Of a DNA stretch of 64,000 bases, positions 29,643 through 37,558 are shown piece by piece. The notes under the pieces are model-generated. The model made no database searches, had not been told where the DNA came from, and saw only the letters and a list, made by a program, of their open reading frames with translations. Within the stretch, counting starts at the first letter, position 1, and each line of letters opens with the position of its first letter. The position numbers were made by a program, and so were the translations under genes. Location of the stretch: contig OZ245742.1 of NCBI GenBank assembly GCA_965227295.1, positions 256,001-320,000 of the forward strand. Reading direction: 5' to 3'. The stretch comes from Leptonemataceae bacterium. GTDB taxonomy: Bacteria > Spirochaetota > Leptospiria > Leptospirales > Leptonemataceae.

Positions 29643-29802
29643 GAACAGCGCCGGGGATGGGCACGCGAGTGCGATGCAGTTTCGTTTGGTTACGTGACCG
29701 GAATCGAACCGGCTCCTCAAGATTAGAAGTCTTGTGCTCTACCTGTGAGCTACACATGCTTGTAACTGCGCTCCGATTGCATGCCCATTCCCGGGGCTGT
29801 TC
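29643..29802 (-). ncRNA. Y-RNA-like structured RNA 2 containing a tRNA-Arg(UCU) mimic (29687..29759)
   Basis: About 22-bp closing helix; inner D arm GCTC-ACAGGTA-GAGC, anticodon arm CAAGA-CTTCTAA-TCTTG, T arm GCCGG-TTCGATT-CCGGT, 5-bp acceptor stem, ACCA. Confidence 0.8.
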
Positions 29803-30081
29803 GTCGTTTTCCCTTCTCATCTATTTTGCGCGCGTTCTTTGCAAGATCGGAGCGGTTTTTTCTGCGCCGTCCTTGAAAAACAAGAACGCCCACCCGCCTG
29901 CCGCGCCCGGTTCATCGGCCCGTTTTCGCACCTCATCAACGGTTCGCCGAAACCTCAACCAGCCTCCTATCTCGCAACTCGCGGACACACCGTCCGCATT
30001 CCTCGCAACTGATCATTCCTCCCGTCCGCCCTCGCGGACATTCCTTTTAACATGTTAAAATAACAGGACCGCAGGCGGCCC

Positions 30082-30125
30082 AAAAACGAAAAAACCCTCC
30101 GATGCGCGTGCATTCCGGAGGGTTT
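30082..30125 (-). terminator. Probable intrinsic terminator
   Basis: AAACCCTCCG/CGGAGGGTTT stem followed on the minus strand by a T-rich tract. Confidence 0.6.
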
Positions 30126-30291
30126 CGTGGAATCGAAACGGGTCTTTCGCCGCATCAACTTACACCACAGACCCTCCCGGCATCTTGCCGCAGTCCTCAT
30201 TCGTTTTCCGATGTAAACTTACAGGTCGCATCATCGTGCCTTTCGAGGTTATGAGACGCATGGTTCCGTAAAATTGTTTCAAAAAATTTTT

Positions 30292-30404
30292 ACTCCGAGG
30301 CCCGAGGTACCGAGAAAAAAGAAAAAGGAGGGTGATCATAACCCGCTTGCATGCAGACTACAATCACCCTCCCCAAAAAAACTCGGACCCTCGGTCCTCG
30401 GAGT
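30292..30404. repeat. Inverted pair of ACTCCGAGG(A/C)CCGAG repeats (family 2)
   Basis: actccgaggcccgag...ctcggtcctcggagt. Confidence 0.7.
30315..30372 (-). terminator. Long hairpin plus U-tract downstream of the vWA gene
   Basis: Minus strand GGAGGGTGATTGTAGTCTGC-ATGCAA-GCGGGTTATGATCACCCTCC forms 20 bp with 5 G-U pairs, then TTTTTCTTTTTT. Confidence 0.6.
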
Positions 30405-30417
30405 CCAACTTCTTAAC

Positions 30418-32217
30418 TCAGTACGGCTTCGTCAGCAACTGAGTCCGCAGCACTTCCTCGACGAGAGACAGCTTGCCGCTTTTCAGCGGTTGCGCCTTCA
30501 GGATCGCCTGAAGACTGCGCTGCACCTGGTAGACGTCCGAAAACTGATCGACGTCCACTTCCGTGTACGGCAACTTCATCTCCACGGCCGCCTTGCGCAC
30601 CGTTTCGCCGCGCGACCACGCCACGTTGACAATGTGCGCGAACGCCGAGACATCGAAGCCGCAATCACGAAACGCCTTCGCGAACTCCGCGCCGGACTCA
30701 CCGGCCTCGTCACCGACGGCGAAGACGATCAGGTCCGCGCCGTCCGGAATCGTAACACCGGACTGCTTCAGCGCACGCACGCCGGAGCCGTAGACCGTGC
30801 CGCCGCCCGCTTCGATGCGCGAGAGCATGTGCTCCACGCCGCGCCGCGACGGATGACGCAAACGCAACACGGTGCCCACGGTATCAAAGGCGACGACGTG
30901 CAGTTTCTCCGGCTCGAAGCCCTGCAAAATTCCCGCGAGCGCCTCTTTCGATTTCTCGATGGCGCCGGACATCGAAGCCGACGTGTCGATCAAGAACACG
31001 ATGTGGATGTCCGCGTCTTCCGTCGCTGCGTCCACAGCCTTCTTGACGGCGCCGTCCGCCGCATCTTCCAACGCTGCGACGTTCTCGCGGTTACGCACGT
31101 TCTTTGCGATGTTGCGCGCCCGCTGATCGTCCAGATTCTTAAGTGCATCCTGCCAGCGCTTACGAATCTCCTCGTGCTTCAACAACCCCAGGTCCTCCAG
31201 CGTCGGCGTGAGAATCGCGAGATCCCGATCCGACACACCGCCGGCTTCCAGTACAGCGACGAAGATCGCCGGACTCAGGCCGATCTCCGGCGGCAGCATG
31301 CCCGTGACCTGCTTGTAACCGAGCTGTTTGTCCACGATCAGCGCACAGATTTCCGCTTCGCTCTTGTTTTCGAAAGAAAGGCTCTCGCGATTCAACTCGC
31401 CCAGGCCCACGCTACGGTGACCCTGTTCGTGCTGCTTCTGCGGCCAGTTCAAAATCTCGAAAAAGCGCTGCGACTCCGGCTTGTATCCGACCATGCGCGC
31501 CAGGTTCTTCACCGTCTTCGCGTAACCGGCCTTCTTCAGGCCCTCGAGCAACTGAATGTTCATCTCGCGGAAACGCAGCCAGTCTTCCACGGCCTTGTAA
31601 TAACGGCCCGTAAACGGCTTGCGTTTCTGCACATTGCCGAAGCCCAGTTCCTTGTTGATCGCGACAACGCCAGGCAACGACAATACGTCGCCGATACGCG
31701 CAATCATCTTCGGCGAAAGCATCTTCGCCGAGCCGCGCTCATAGGTCTTCAGCATGGCCTCGCCGACTTCTCGAAAGTCGTCGTCGTGAAACAGCAGTTC
31801 GCGTTTGCCGTTGTTCTCGTCGAACACCGGTTCGCCGCTGCGGTTCTGCACGAGCATGAACGCCGCGCACACGACCTTAATATCCCGCCACGTGGTCTTA
31901 GTCGCCACGTAGGACGCGAGCCGGGCCGCGAGTTCCTCGTTCACCTTGTAAATGTCCGCGATCGTGCCGTAGACCTGCACGATGGCGTGTTCGTTCGGCC
32001 CCGCCGGCTGATAGCGCAGGCCGCGCGGAACCTGGCCGCTTTCGTTGTATCGCTGAAGCGCTTCGCGGTCGTACTTCCAGCGCCCGCTCCCGTCCAGAAA
32101 GCCGGGGCGGTTGTGCCAGAGGTGATCCGGAAAGTTCAGGAACAACTCGAGCAACCGTTCCGCGGGCCCGAGTTCTTCTACCAGGGCCTCGATCTGTTCG
32201 TCGGTTCGTTGACTCAT
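30418..32217 (-). CDS. Helical N-terminal region plus C-terminal vWA domain protein (possible divergent Ro60/TROVE)
   Basis: 599 aa; MIDAS FLIDTSASMS, GGGT, VGDE; GAGGA RBS; vWA domain certain, TROVE identity inferred. Confidence 0.8.
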   Translation of the reverse strand: MSQRTDEQIEALVEELGPAERLLELFLNFPDHLWHNRPGFLDGSGRWKYDREALQRYNESGQVPRGLRYQPAGPNEHAIVQVYGTIADIYKVNEELAARLASYVATKTTWRDIKVVCAAFMLVQNRSGEPVFDENNGKRELLFHDDDFREVGEAMLKTYERGSAKMLSPKMIARIGDVLSLPGVVAINKELGFGNVQKRKPFTGRYYKAVEDWLRFREMNIQLLEGLKKAGYAKTVKNLARMVGYKPESQRFFEILNWPQKQHEQGHRSVGLGELNRESLSFENKSEAEICALIVDKQLGYKQVTGMLPPEIGLSPAIFVAVLEAGGVSDRDLAILTPTLEDLGLLKHEEIRKRWQDALKNLDDQRARNIAKNVRNRENVAALEDAADGAVKKAVDAATEDADIHIVFLIDTSASMSGAIEKSKEALAGILQGFEPEKLHVVAFDTVGTVLRLRHPSRRGVEHMLSRIEAGGGTVYGSGVRALKQSGVTIPDGADLIVFAVGDEAGESGAEFAKAFRDCGFDVSAFAHIVNVAWSRGETVRKAAVEMKLPYTEVDVDQFSDVYQVQRSLQAILKAQPLKSGKLSLVEEVLRTQLLTKPY

Positions 32218-32355
32218 CGTTTGTTCCTCTTTGGTAATCTCCTTTTAGATTATTCTAACGTATTTAGAATTCGCTTCAGCGCGAGGTGTATCAAGGATGA
32301 GACGAAAGAAAGTTGCATGATTCCGAACAATGTGTCGGGAAGGAGGTAAGATTCT

Positions 32356-32472
32356 TTTGGGCGCCTCGCCGCCTTCGGCGGCGACCGGGCTTTGCGGGGC
32401 TCCGCTTCGCTTCGGTCTCGCGCAAGCGCGAGACTGGCGGCTGCGCCGCCACCCCTCCAATCCCTGGCGCGG
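32356..32472 (+). repeat. REP-like palindromic element family 1
   Basis: ttttgggcg...gggctccgcttcgcttcggtctcgcgcaagcgcgagactgg...ccaatccctggcgcg. Confidence 0.8.
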
Positions 32473-32634
32473 AGTCCCGTGGCTGCCTGTTTGAATGAGA
32501 GGATTCACTGATATGCCCGCGGCCGGCCCGGAAAAGCAAGCCGATTTTATCGAACCACCGCCGGCGTACCAATTGATAAACTGGAACGACAGCCTTTCTA
32601 TTCTGAGTTACGTTTCGCAAACAATTCACCCAGG

Positions 32635-33885
32635 ATGAAACCAATGCTCGAAACACAAACCCTGCCCATCACTCCACCGCGCCGCCAGGTCGATCTTTAC
32701 GATGACTGTCTGCTAACCGATGAACTGCGGGCCGTTCGCGACGAAGTCCGGCAATTCGCCGATCGAATCGTTGCGCCCCGGGCCCATGCCATCGGTCACA
32801 CCGACGAAACGTCGGTCGAATTCGCCCACGATGTTTTCCAGGCGATGGCCGACGCGGATCTCTTTCGAATTCCGTTTGGTGCCGGAGACGGCGGGCGCGG
32901 TCTCAAGAATCCGGCGCTCGCCACCGCCCTGGCAATCGAAGAACTCGCGTATCACAGCAACAGCGTTGCCGCGGTCTTCGATGTGCATTGCATCCTCGCC
33001 GGACATGCTCTTGAACGCGGGTCGCCCGAACTGCGGGAACGTTATCTGCGTCCGGTACTGGCCGGCGAAAAAATCGGGAGCTTCGCCACGACCGAGGCCG
33101 AAGCCAGCACGGATCTTTCGCCGGGATCGTTGCAAACGATCGCGCGTGAAGTGGAGGACGGCTATTCCATCTCCGGACAAAAACGATTCATTACGAACAG
33201 TCCCGTGGCCGACTTCGTCGTCCTGCTCTGCCGCGACGGGGAACGCATGACCTTGTTCGTCGTCGACCTGGATCAACCGGGCGTGCGGATCGGACGGCCG
33301 GACCGCAAACTCGGCAACAACGGACAACTCACCGCCGATTTATATTTCGATGACGTTCGAGTTCCGGCGGCCGCCATCGTCGGCGAACGTGGAGCCGGTC
33401 TGCGCATTGCTCTGCAAACGCTGACCTACGGACGCATCGGCATCGCGGCCAGCGGCGTGGGCATGGCCCAGGCAATTTTTGATCACTGCGTTGCACGACT
33501 GAAGACACGCACCGCCTTCGGCAAGGCCCTGGCTCAGTTTCAGCACTGGCAGTTTAAGATCGCCGAGCGTGCGACTCAAATCGAAAACGCCCGCAATCTG
33601 TACTACAAAGCCGCTCTGCAACTGGACGCCGGGCGGGAGTTTCCGGAACCGCTGGCGGCCATGGCCAAGTTCTACGCCACCGATCTGGCCGCATCGTTTG
33701 CGCGCGACGGCGTGCAAATCTTCGGCGGTTACGGATTCATGCGCGAACTCGGCCATGACGCCTCGGTCTATCGCGTCGAAGAGATCTACCGCGATGCAAA
33801 GATCGCGGAGATCTATGAAGGCACGAACGAAATCCAGAAATGGATTGTGGCCCGCGGTATCTTCGGCAAAGAGTTCACCGGCTGA
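32635..33885 (+). CDS. Acyl-CoA dehydrogenase
   Basis: FATTEAEASTD, GQKRFITN, GRIGIAA, FGKALAQFQ, QIFGGYG, IYEGTNEIQ. Confidence 0.95.
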   Translation: MKPMLETQTLPITPPRRQVDLYDDCLLTDELRAVRDEVRQFADRIVAPRAHAIGHTDETSVEFAHDVFQAMADADLFRIPFGAGDGGRGLKNPALATALAIEELAYHSNSVAAVFDVHCILAGHALERGSPELRERYLRPVLAGEKIGSFATTEAEASTDLSPGSLQTIAREVEDGYSISGQKRFITNSPVADFVVLLCRDGERMTLFVVDLDQPGVRIGRPDRKLGNNGQLTADLYFDDVRVPAAAIVGERGAGLRIALQTLTYGRIGIAASGVGMAQAIFDHCVARLKTRTAFGKALAQFQHWQFKIAERATQIENARNLYYKAALQLDAGREFPEPLAAMAKFYATDLAASFARDGVQIFGGYGFMRELGHDASVYRVEEIYRDAKIAEIYEGTNEIQKWIVARGIFGKEFTG

Positions 33886-34948
33886 CGACGGCGTTGCAGA
33901 GCACCGCCCGCCCGTTCACCCGACCCTCCCGGAGATCGTTGAGCACCACGTTCGCGTCTGCGAAAGCAGCTTTCTGAATCGGGACGGACTCCGGCTTCTT
34001 TGCGGCGACCAGAGCCATGAGCTCTTTGAGTTCTGCAAGGGAGCCGGTGAAACTCCCGGCCAACGTCAACGTCTTTAGAACCATCAACGGAGTAAGCAGG
34101 ATCATCTTACCGCCGAACAGGCCGACAAAGATCTGCTTACCGTTTTTACGGAGCAAAGAAAAGCCGAGAACGGCGGTCGCGGAATTGTTTACGAAATCCA
34201 CGACGGCCGCCGGTTCACCGCCCAGAACTTCGCGGATTTTCGCGGCGGCATCTTTCTCGTTTGCCGAGTTTACGACGGCATAACGATCCGAAAAACTCCG
34301 CACGCTTGCGAGTTTCGAATCGTCGATATCAACGAACACCACCTTCGCATCCGTAAGATAGCGCGCGACCTGAGCCGCGAACAAGCCCACGCCTCCCGCC
34401 CCGATAATCACCAGGCCGTCGTCCGCTGACAACGGTAGCGCTTTCTTCAGGGCGCTGTACGCCGTCAGACCGGCACAGGCGTACGAACACGCGATTTCCG
34501 GTGAAAGGTCGCCGATGTCGACCAGCAGTTCGGCATCGGGCACGATCACCATTTCCTGATACCCGCCGTCACGATAGATTCCGAGCGAACTCGGCGCATC
34601 ACAGAGGTGCGAATTTCCCGAGGTGCAATCGTTACATGAACCGCAGCCGGTCCAGGGATACACCAGGCGCAGGTCGCCCGGTTGTACGCCGCGCGCATCG
34701 GGCCCGGCTTTCCGCACGCGCCCGACGATCTCGTGACCGGGAGTCAGGGGCAACTGCACGCCCGTGTCGACGACGTCGAGTTTTTTGCCGCCGCCGAAAC
34801 TATAGAAGCCTTCCCATACGTGCAGGTCCGAGTGGCAGACACCGCAGGCCGCCGTTTCCAGCAGAACCTCGCTGCCCGTGGGCTCCGACACTTCCGCGTC
34901 TTCGTAAACAAGTTCTTCCCCGAAGTTAGTGATTCTCATTCGTTTCAT
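33875..34948 (-). CDS. Zn-dependent alcohol dehydrogenase
   Basis: CGVCHSD, GHEIVG, CGSCNDC..G..HLC, GAGGVG. Confidence 0.95.
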   Translation of the reverse strand: MKRMRITNFGEELVYEDAEVSEPTGSEVLLETAACGVCHSDLHVWEGFYSFGGGKKLDVVDTGVQLPLTPGHEIVGRVRKAGPDARGVQPGDLRLVYPWTGCGSCNDCTSGNSHLCDAPSSLGIYRDGGYQEMVIVPDAELLVDIGDLSPEIACSYACAGLTAYSALKKALPLSADDGLVIIGAGGVGLFAAQVARYLTDAKVVFVDIDDSKLASVRSFSDRYAVVNSANEKDAAAKIREVLGGEPAAVVDFVNNSATAVLGFSLLRKNGKQIFVGLFGGKMILLTPLMVLKTLTLAGSFTGSLAELKELMALVAAKKPESVPIQKAAFADANVVLNDLREGRVNGRAVLCNAVVSR

Positions 34949-34970
34949 AACTTAATATACTCCCGTGAAT

Positions 34971-36074
34971 TCAGGCCGCACCGGCGGCCGGCGCACTCTC
35001 GTGCGTTTGCTGCTGTTGTTTTTCCAGGAAACGATTCCCGTGCAGGATGCTCTTAAAATCGTTAAAGCGGATTCCGTAGCGCCGCAGGGCCGGTCGCACG
35101 TACGGGGCCACGGCCTGCCGCAAATAAAACGGCTGGTTTACCACGAAGTGGTGGATGCCGTGCGTCGCGCCGAAGTTAAAACAAAACAAGTGCAACGGAA
35201 ACACGAGCCACGAATCCAGGACCTGGGTCTGGCGATAGATCCCGCGAATATTTCCATAATAATGCATGTTCGAAGACACGAGCTGGATTGCCGTTTGCCG
35301 CCACCAGCACGGAATCAAATACACGACTGCCGCCGTGTTCAGAACGTTGTGCACCGTGGCCAGCCACGCCGGCTCGGTGAAGGGCGAGCCCAATGCTACA
35401 TTCACCAACGACAGAGCTCCCCAGATCAGGAAGGCGTACCAGGCCAGGTGAAAGATCTGTCGATAGTAACCGATCGTATGCGGCGCTTCGATCCGACGCA
35501 AGAAACGCGCGGCGTCGCGGGCAATCCGGGGCCCCTGAAAACGGCGGGCCATCAAAGGATCGAGCATCGTGAGCAAACGTTGCCAGCCGAAGGCCATGCC
35601 GTTCCCAATAAAACGTTCTTCCATGTCCTCTTTGTTACCGGAGAGTCGATGGTGTAAGAGGTGGACTTCTTTCCGAAACCAGGGATTGATCGCGTTGCAT
35701 CGAAACATCCACACGACCCAGAACATAAAGTTCTGAGCGCGCGAGCCGGCCTTAAAATACAGGCTGTGGATCAGATCATGTTCGATTTCGTGCAGGAATG
35801 ACGCGAGAATCGCGTTCACCACGATGCAGGCCCAGGCCGGAATCATTCCGGCGATGTACAGCCCCGCCGTCGCAATCATGCCGGCCGCCGAGCCCAGAGT
35901 AATCGCCATGCCGATGGCGTTCTGGTGGCGCAGAAACTTGTACTTACGTCGCAGCCGCAGATCGCCGTAGCGGATCCACTTCTGGATGCGGCGCGTACGT
36001 TCGCGTTCGTCCAGGTTGTTTATGTAAGCGGCGTGTTGTTCGCGCGCACTCATTGTTGTGTCTATTGCATTCAT
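34971..36074 (-). CDS. Membrane fatty acid desaturase/hydroxylase family
   Basis: His boxes HEIEHDLIH, HLLHH, HGIHH with TM helices. Confidence 0.88.
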   Translation of the reverse strand: MNAIDTTMSAREQHAAYINNLDERERTRRIQKWIRYGDLRLRRKYKFLRHQNAIGMAITLGSAAGMIATAGLYIAGMIPAWACIVVNAILASFLHEIEHDLIHSLYFKAGSRAQNFMFWVVWMFRCNAINPWFRKEVHLLHHRLSGNKEDMEERFIGNGMAFGWQRLLTMLDPLMARRFQGPRIARDAARFLRRIEAPHTIGYYRQIFHLAWYAFLIWGALSLVNVALGSPFTEPAWLATVHNVLNTAAVVYLIPCWWRQTAIQLVSSNMHYYGNIRGIYRQTQVLDSWLVFPLHLFCFNFGATHGIHHFVVNQPFYLRQAVAPYVRPALRRYGIRFNDFKSILHGNRFLEKQQQQTHESAPAAGAA

Positions 36075-36131
36075 AACCTTCCCTCAAGAGTTGTTATGAA
36101 CCGATGCTACCACACTCAGCGGCGGCTCGTC

Positions 36132-36153
36132 GCACCACTTTATAAAGCGGTAC
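36132..36153. promoter_or_regulatory. 22-bp palindromic operator (TTTATAAA core) upstream of the desaturase
   Basis: GCACCACTTTATAAAGCGGTAC; related sites at 37426 and 37468. Confidence 0.6.
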
Positions 36154-36202
36154 GCTGCGGGAGGTCCCGGCTGCGCGTCGGATCAGGTCGGGGAGAGGGC
36201 AA

Positions 36203-37366
36203 TCAGTCCGTTGCGCCGGCCGGCGGATCCTGTTCACGATAGGCCGAAGGCGAAATGCCGGTAAACTTCACAAAGGCGCGGTGAAACGAAGTTTTGCTCC
36301 GGAATCCGACCTCGTAACCGATGTCCAGAATGGAACGTTCCGGCGCGCGACGCAGGAGCTCCCGGGCCTCGCGGATGCGGTACTCGTTTACGAAGACCGC
36401 AAAGTTCTTTCCAAGCCGATCGTTCATGAATTCCGAAAGCTGGTGAGGAGAAATAGCGAGGTCGTCGGCGAGCGTCGCGAGGCTCAGGTTCTCGTCGCGG
36501 TAGAGACAATCGCGCTCCATGGTCTGCAGCAGATTTTCGCGCAGTATCTCCAGGTCTTCCCCTGCCAGGAGTGAGCGGACATACCGACGCCGGGTAGCCT
36601 GGGCGACTTCGTGCAGATTCTGAAAGTAGGCCGGGTATCTGCGACCGATGAGATAGGAGACGCAATGACTGAGAGCCATCAACGCGGTTCCGGCCAGAAG
36701 AGCCCGCGGATCCCGATCCACGAAATAGAGAATGCACACCGCGTGATTGATGAACGCCGCCACAACGAGATACAATAAGAGCCGGGCCGTCCATTCTTCT
36801 TTCAGCACGGTCCGGGTGAAGAGCATTTTGCTGCCCTGCGCGAGCGCGCTAATATAAAGCAGCAGAATCACGAGCGGCACGAGATACCACAGATCGTTCG
36901 CCTGGAATGTCGGAGCGGAACGAAAGGCATGCAGGCCCGCGACGATGCGTTCTTCCGGCAGACAACACAGCGCAATGTACACGATGCCTGTGCCCGCGGG
37001 AACAATGTGATGTTTGTTCCGGAGTCGGGGCTCATAGCCGGCTTCCCCCGGCGCCTGAATACACTTATGGATTCCGTAAATGACCGGCCCGAGCAAGCCC
37101 AGCACTGGAATGTGCAGTAGCGTCAGCCGCGGAAAAGTTTCGTAACCGCCGAGAACAAAGAGGAGCGTCGTCGCCTGCAATAAGCTGAGGCAAATAAACA
37201 TTACCGCCAGCAGATAGTTGAGCTGCCGTCGGGTCGGCAGGATCCATTGGCCGAGGCACAACAAAGCACCGTGGTAAGCACCGAAGATCGTGAACGAAAG
37301 CAAGAACATCCAATCCAGACTAAGTGTTTCCAACGGAGACTCTCGCAGCGACAGAACCGCCGGCAA
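36203..37366 (-). CDS. Membrane-anchored AraC family regulator
   Basis: About 7 N-terminal TM helices; C-terminal NFAVFVNEYRI...IGYEVGFRSKTSFHRAF..FTGISPS. Confidence 0.92.
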   Translation of the reverse strand: MPAVLSLRESPLETLSLDWMFLLSFTIFGAYHGALLCLGQWILPTRRQLNYLLAVMFICLSLLQATTLLFVLGGYETFPRLTLLHIPVLGLLGPVIYGIHKCIQAPGEAGYEPRLRNKHHIVPAGTGIVYIALCCLPEERIVAGLHAFRSAPTFQANDLWYLVPLVILLLYISALAQGSKMLFTRTVLKEEWTARLLLYLVVAAFINHAVCILYFVDRDPRALLAGTALMALSHCVSYLIGRRYPAYFQNLHEVAQATRRRYVRSLLAGEDLEILRENLLQTMERDCLYRDENLSLATLADDLAISPHQLSEFMNDRLGKNFAVFVNEYRIREARELLRRAPERSILDIGYEVGFRSKTSFHRAFVKFTGISPSAYREQDPPAGATD

Positions 37367-37425
37367 AATTACGCGGCCGGAACACTCCTGTCAATGACTA
37401 ACCCGAACATTCGAGCCGCATTCCG

Positions 37426-37514
37426 GTTTCAATTTATAAACTGAATCTCCGAGGAACCGCACGTGAGGTGCCAGTTTATAGAGCGGTGCGACGCCCGGGC
37501 CGTGCGTGGTATAC
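37426..37514 (+). promoter_or_regulatory. Two operator-like palindromes and an extended -10 (TGG-TATACT) upstream of ALDH
   Basis: GTTTCAATTTATAAACTGAATC (37426) and GTGCCAGTTTATAGAGCGGTGC (37468), 42 bp apart. Confidence 0.55.
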
Positions 37515-37558
37515 TGCAGCCACATTTCGACATACGATAACGAAGAGGTTGCGATCCC

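Noticed and set aside
29472-29720. N-terminal extension of the 387-aa ORF
   Set aside because: Runs through two structured RNAs and gives atypical protein sequence; start reassigned to 29471
29687-29759. Canonical tRNA-Arg(TCT) gene
   Set aside because: Acceptor stem has only 5 bp and is one nucleotide short before ACCA; the cloverleaf is nested in a larger repeat-shared structure, so it is treated as a mimic
30274-32349. 691-aa plus-strand ORF
   Set aside because: Antisense shadow of the vWA gene, typical of high-GC DNA; no motifs
20226-32634. Integrated mobile element carrying the defence island
   Set aside because: No integrase, transposase or flanking direct repeats seen; island status cannot be shown from this window alone
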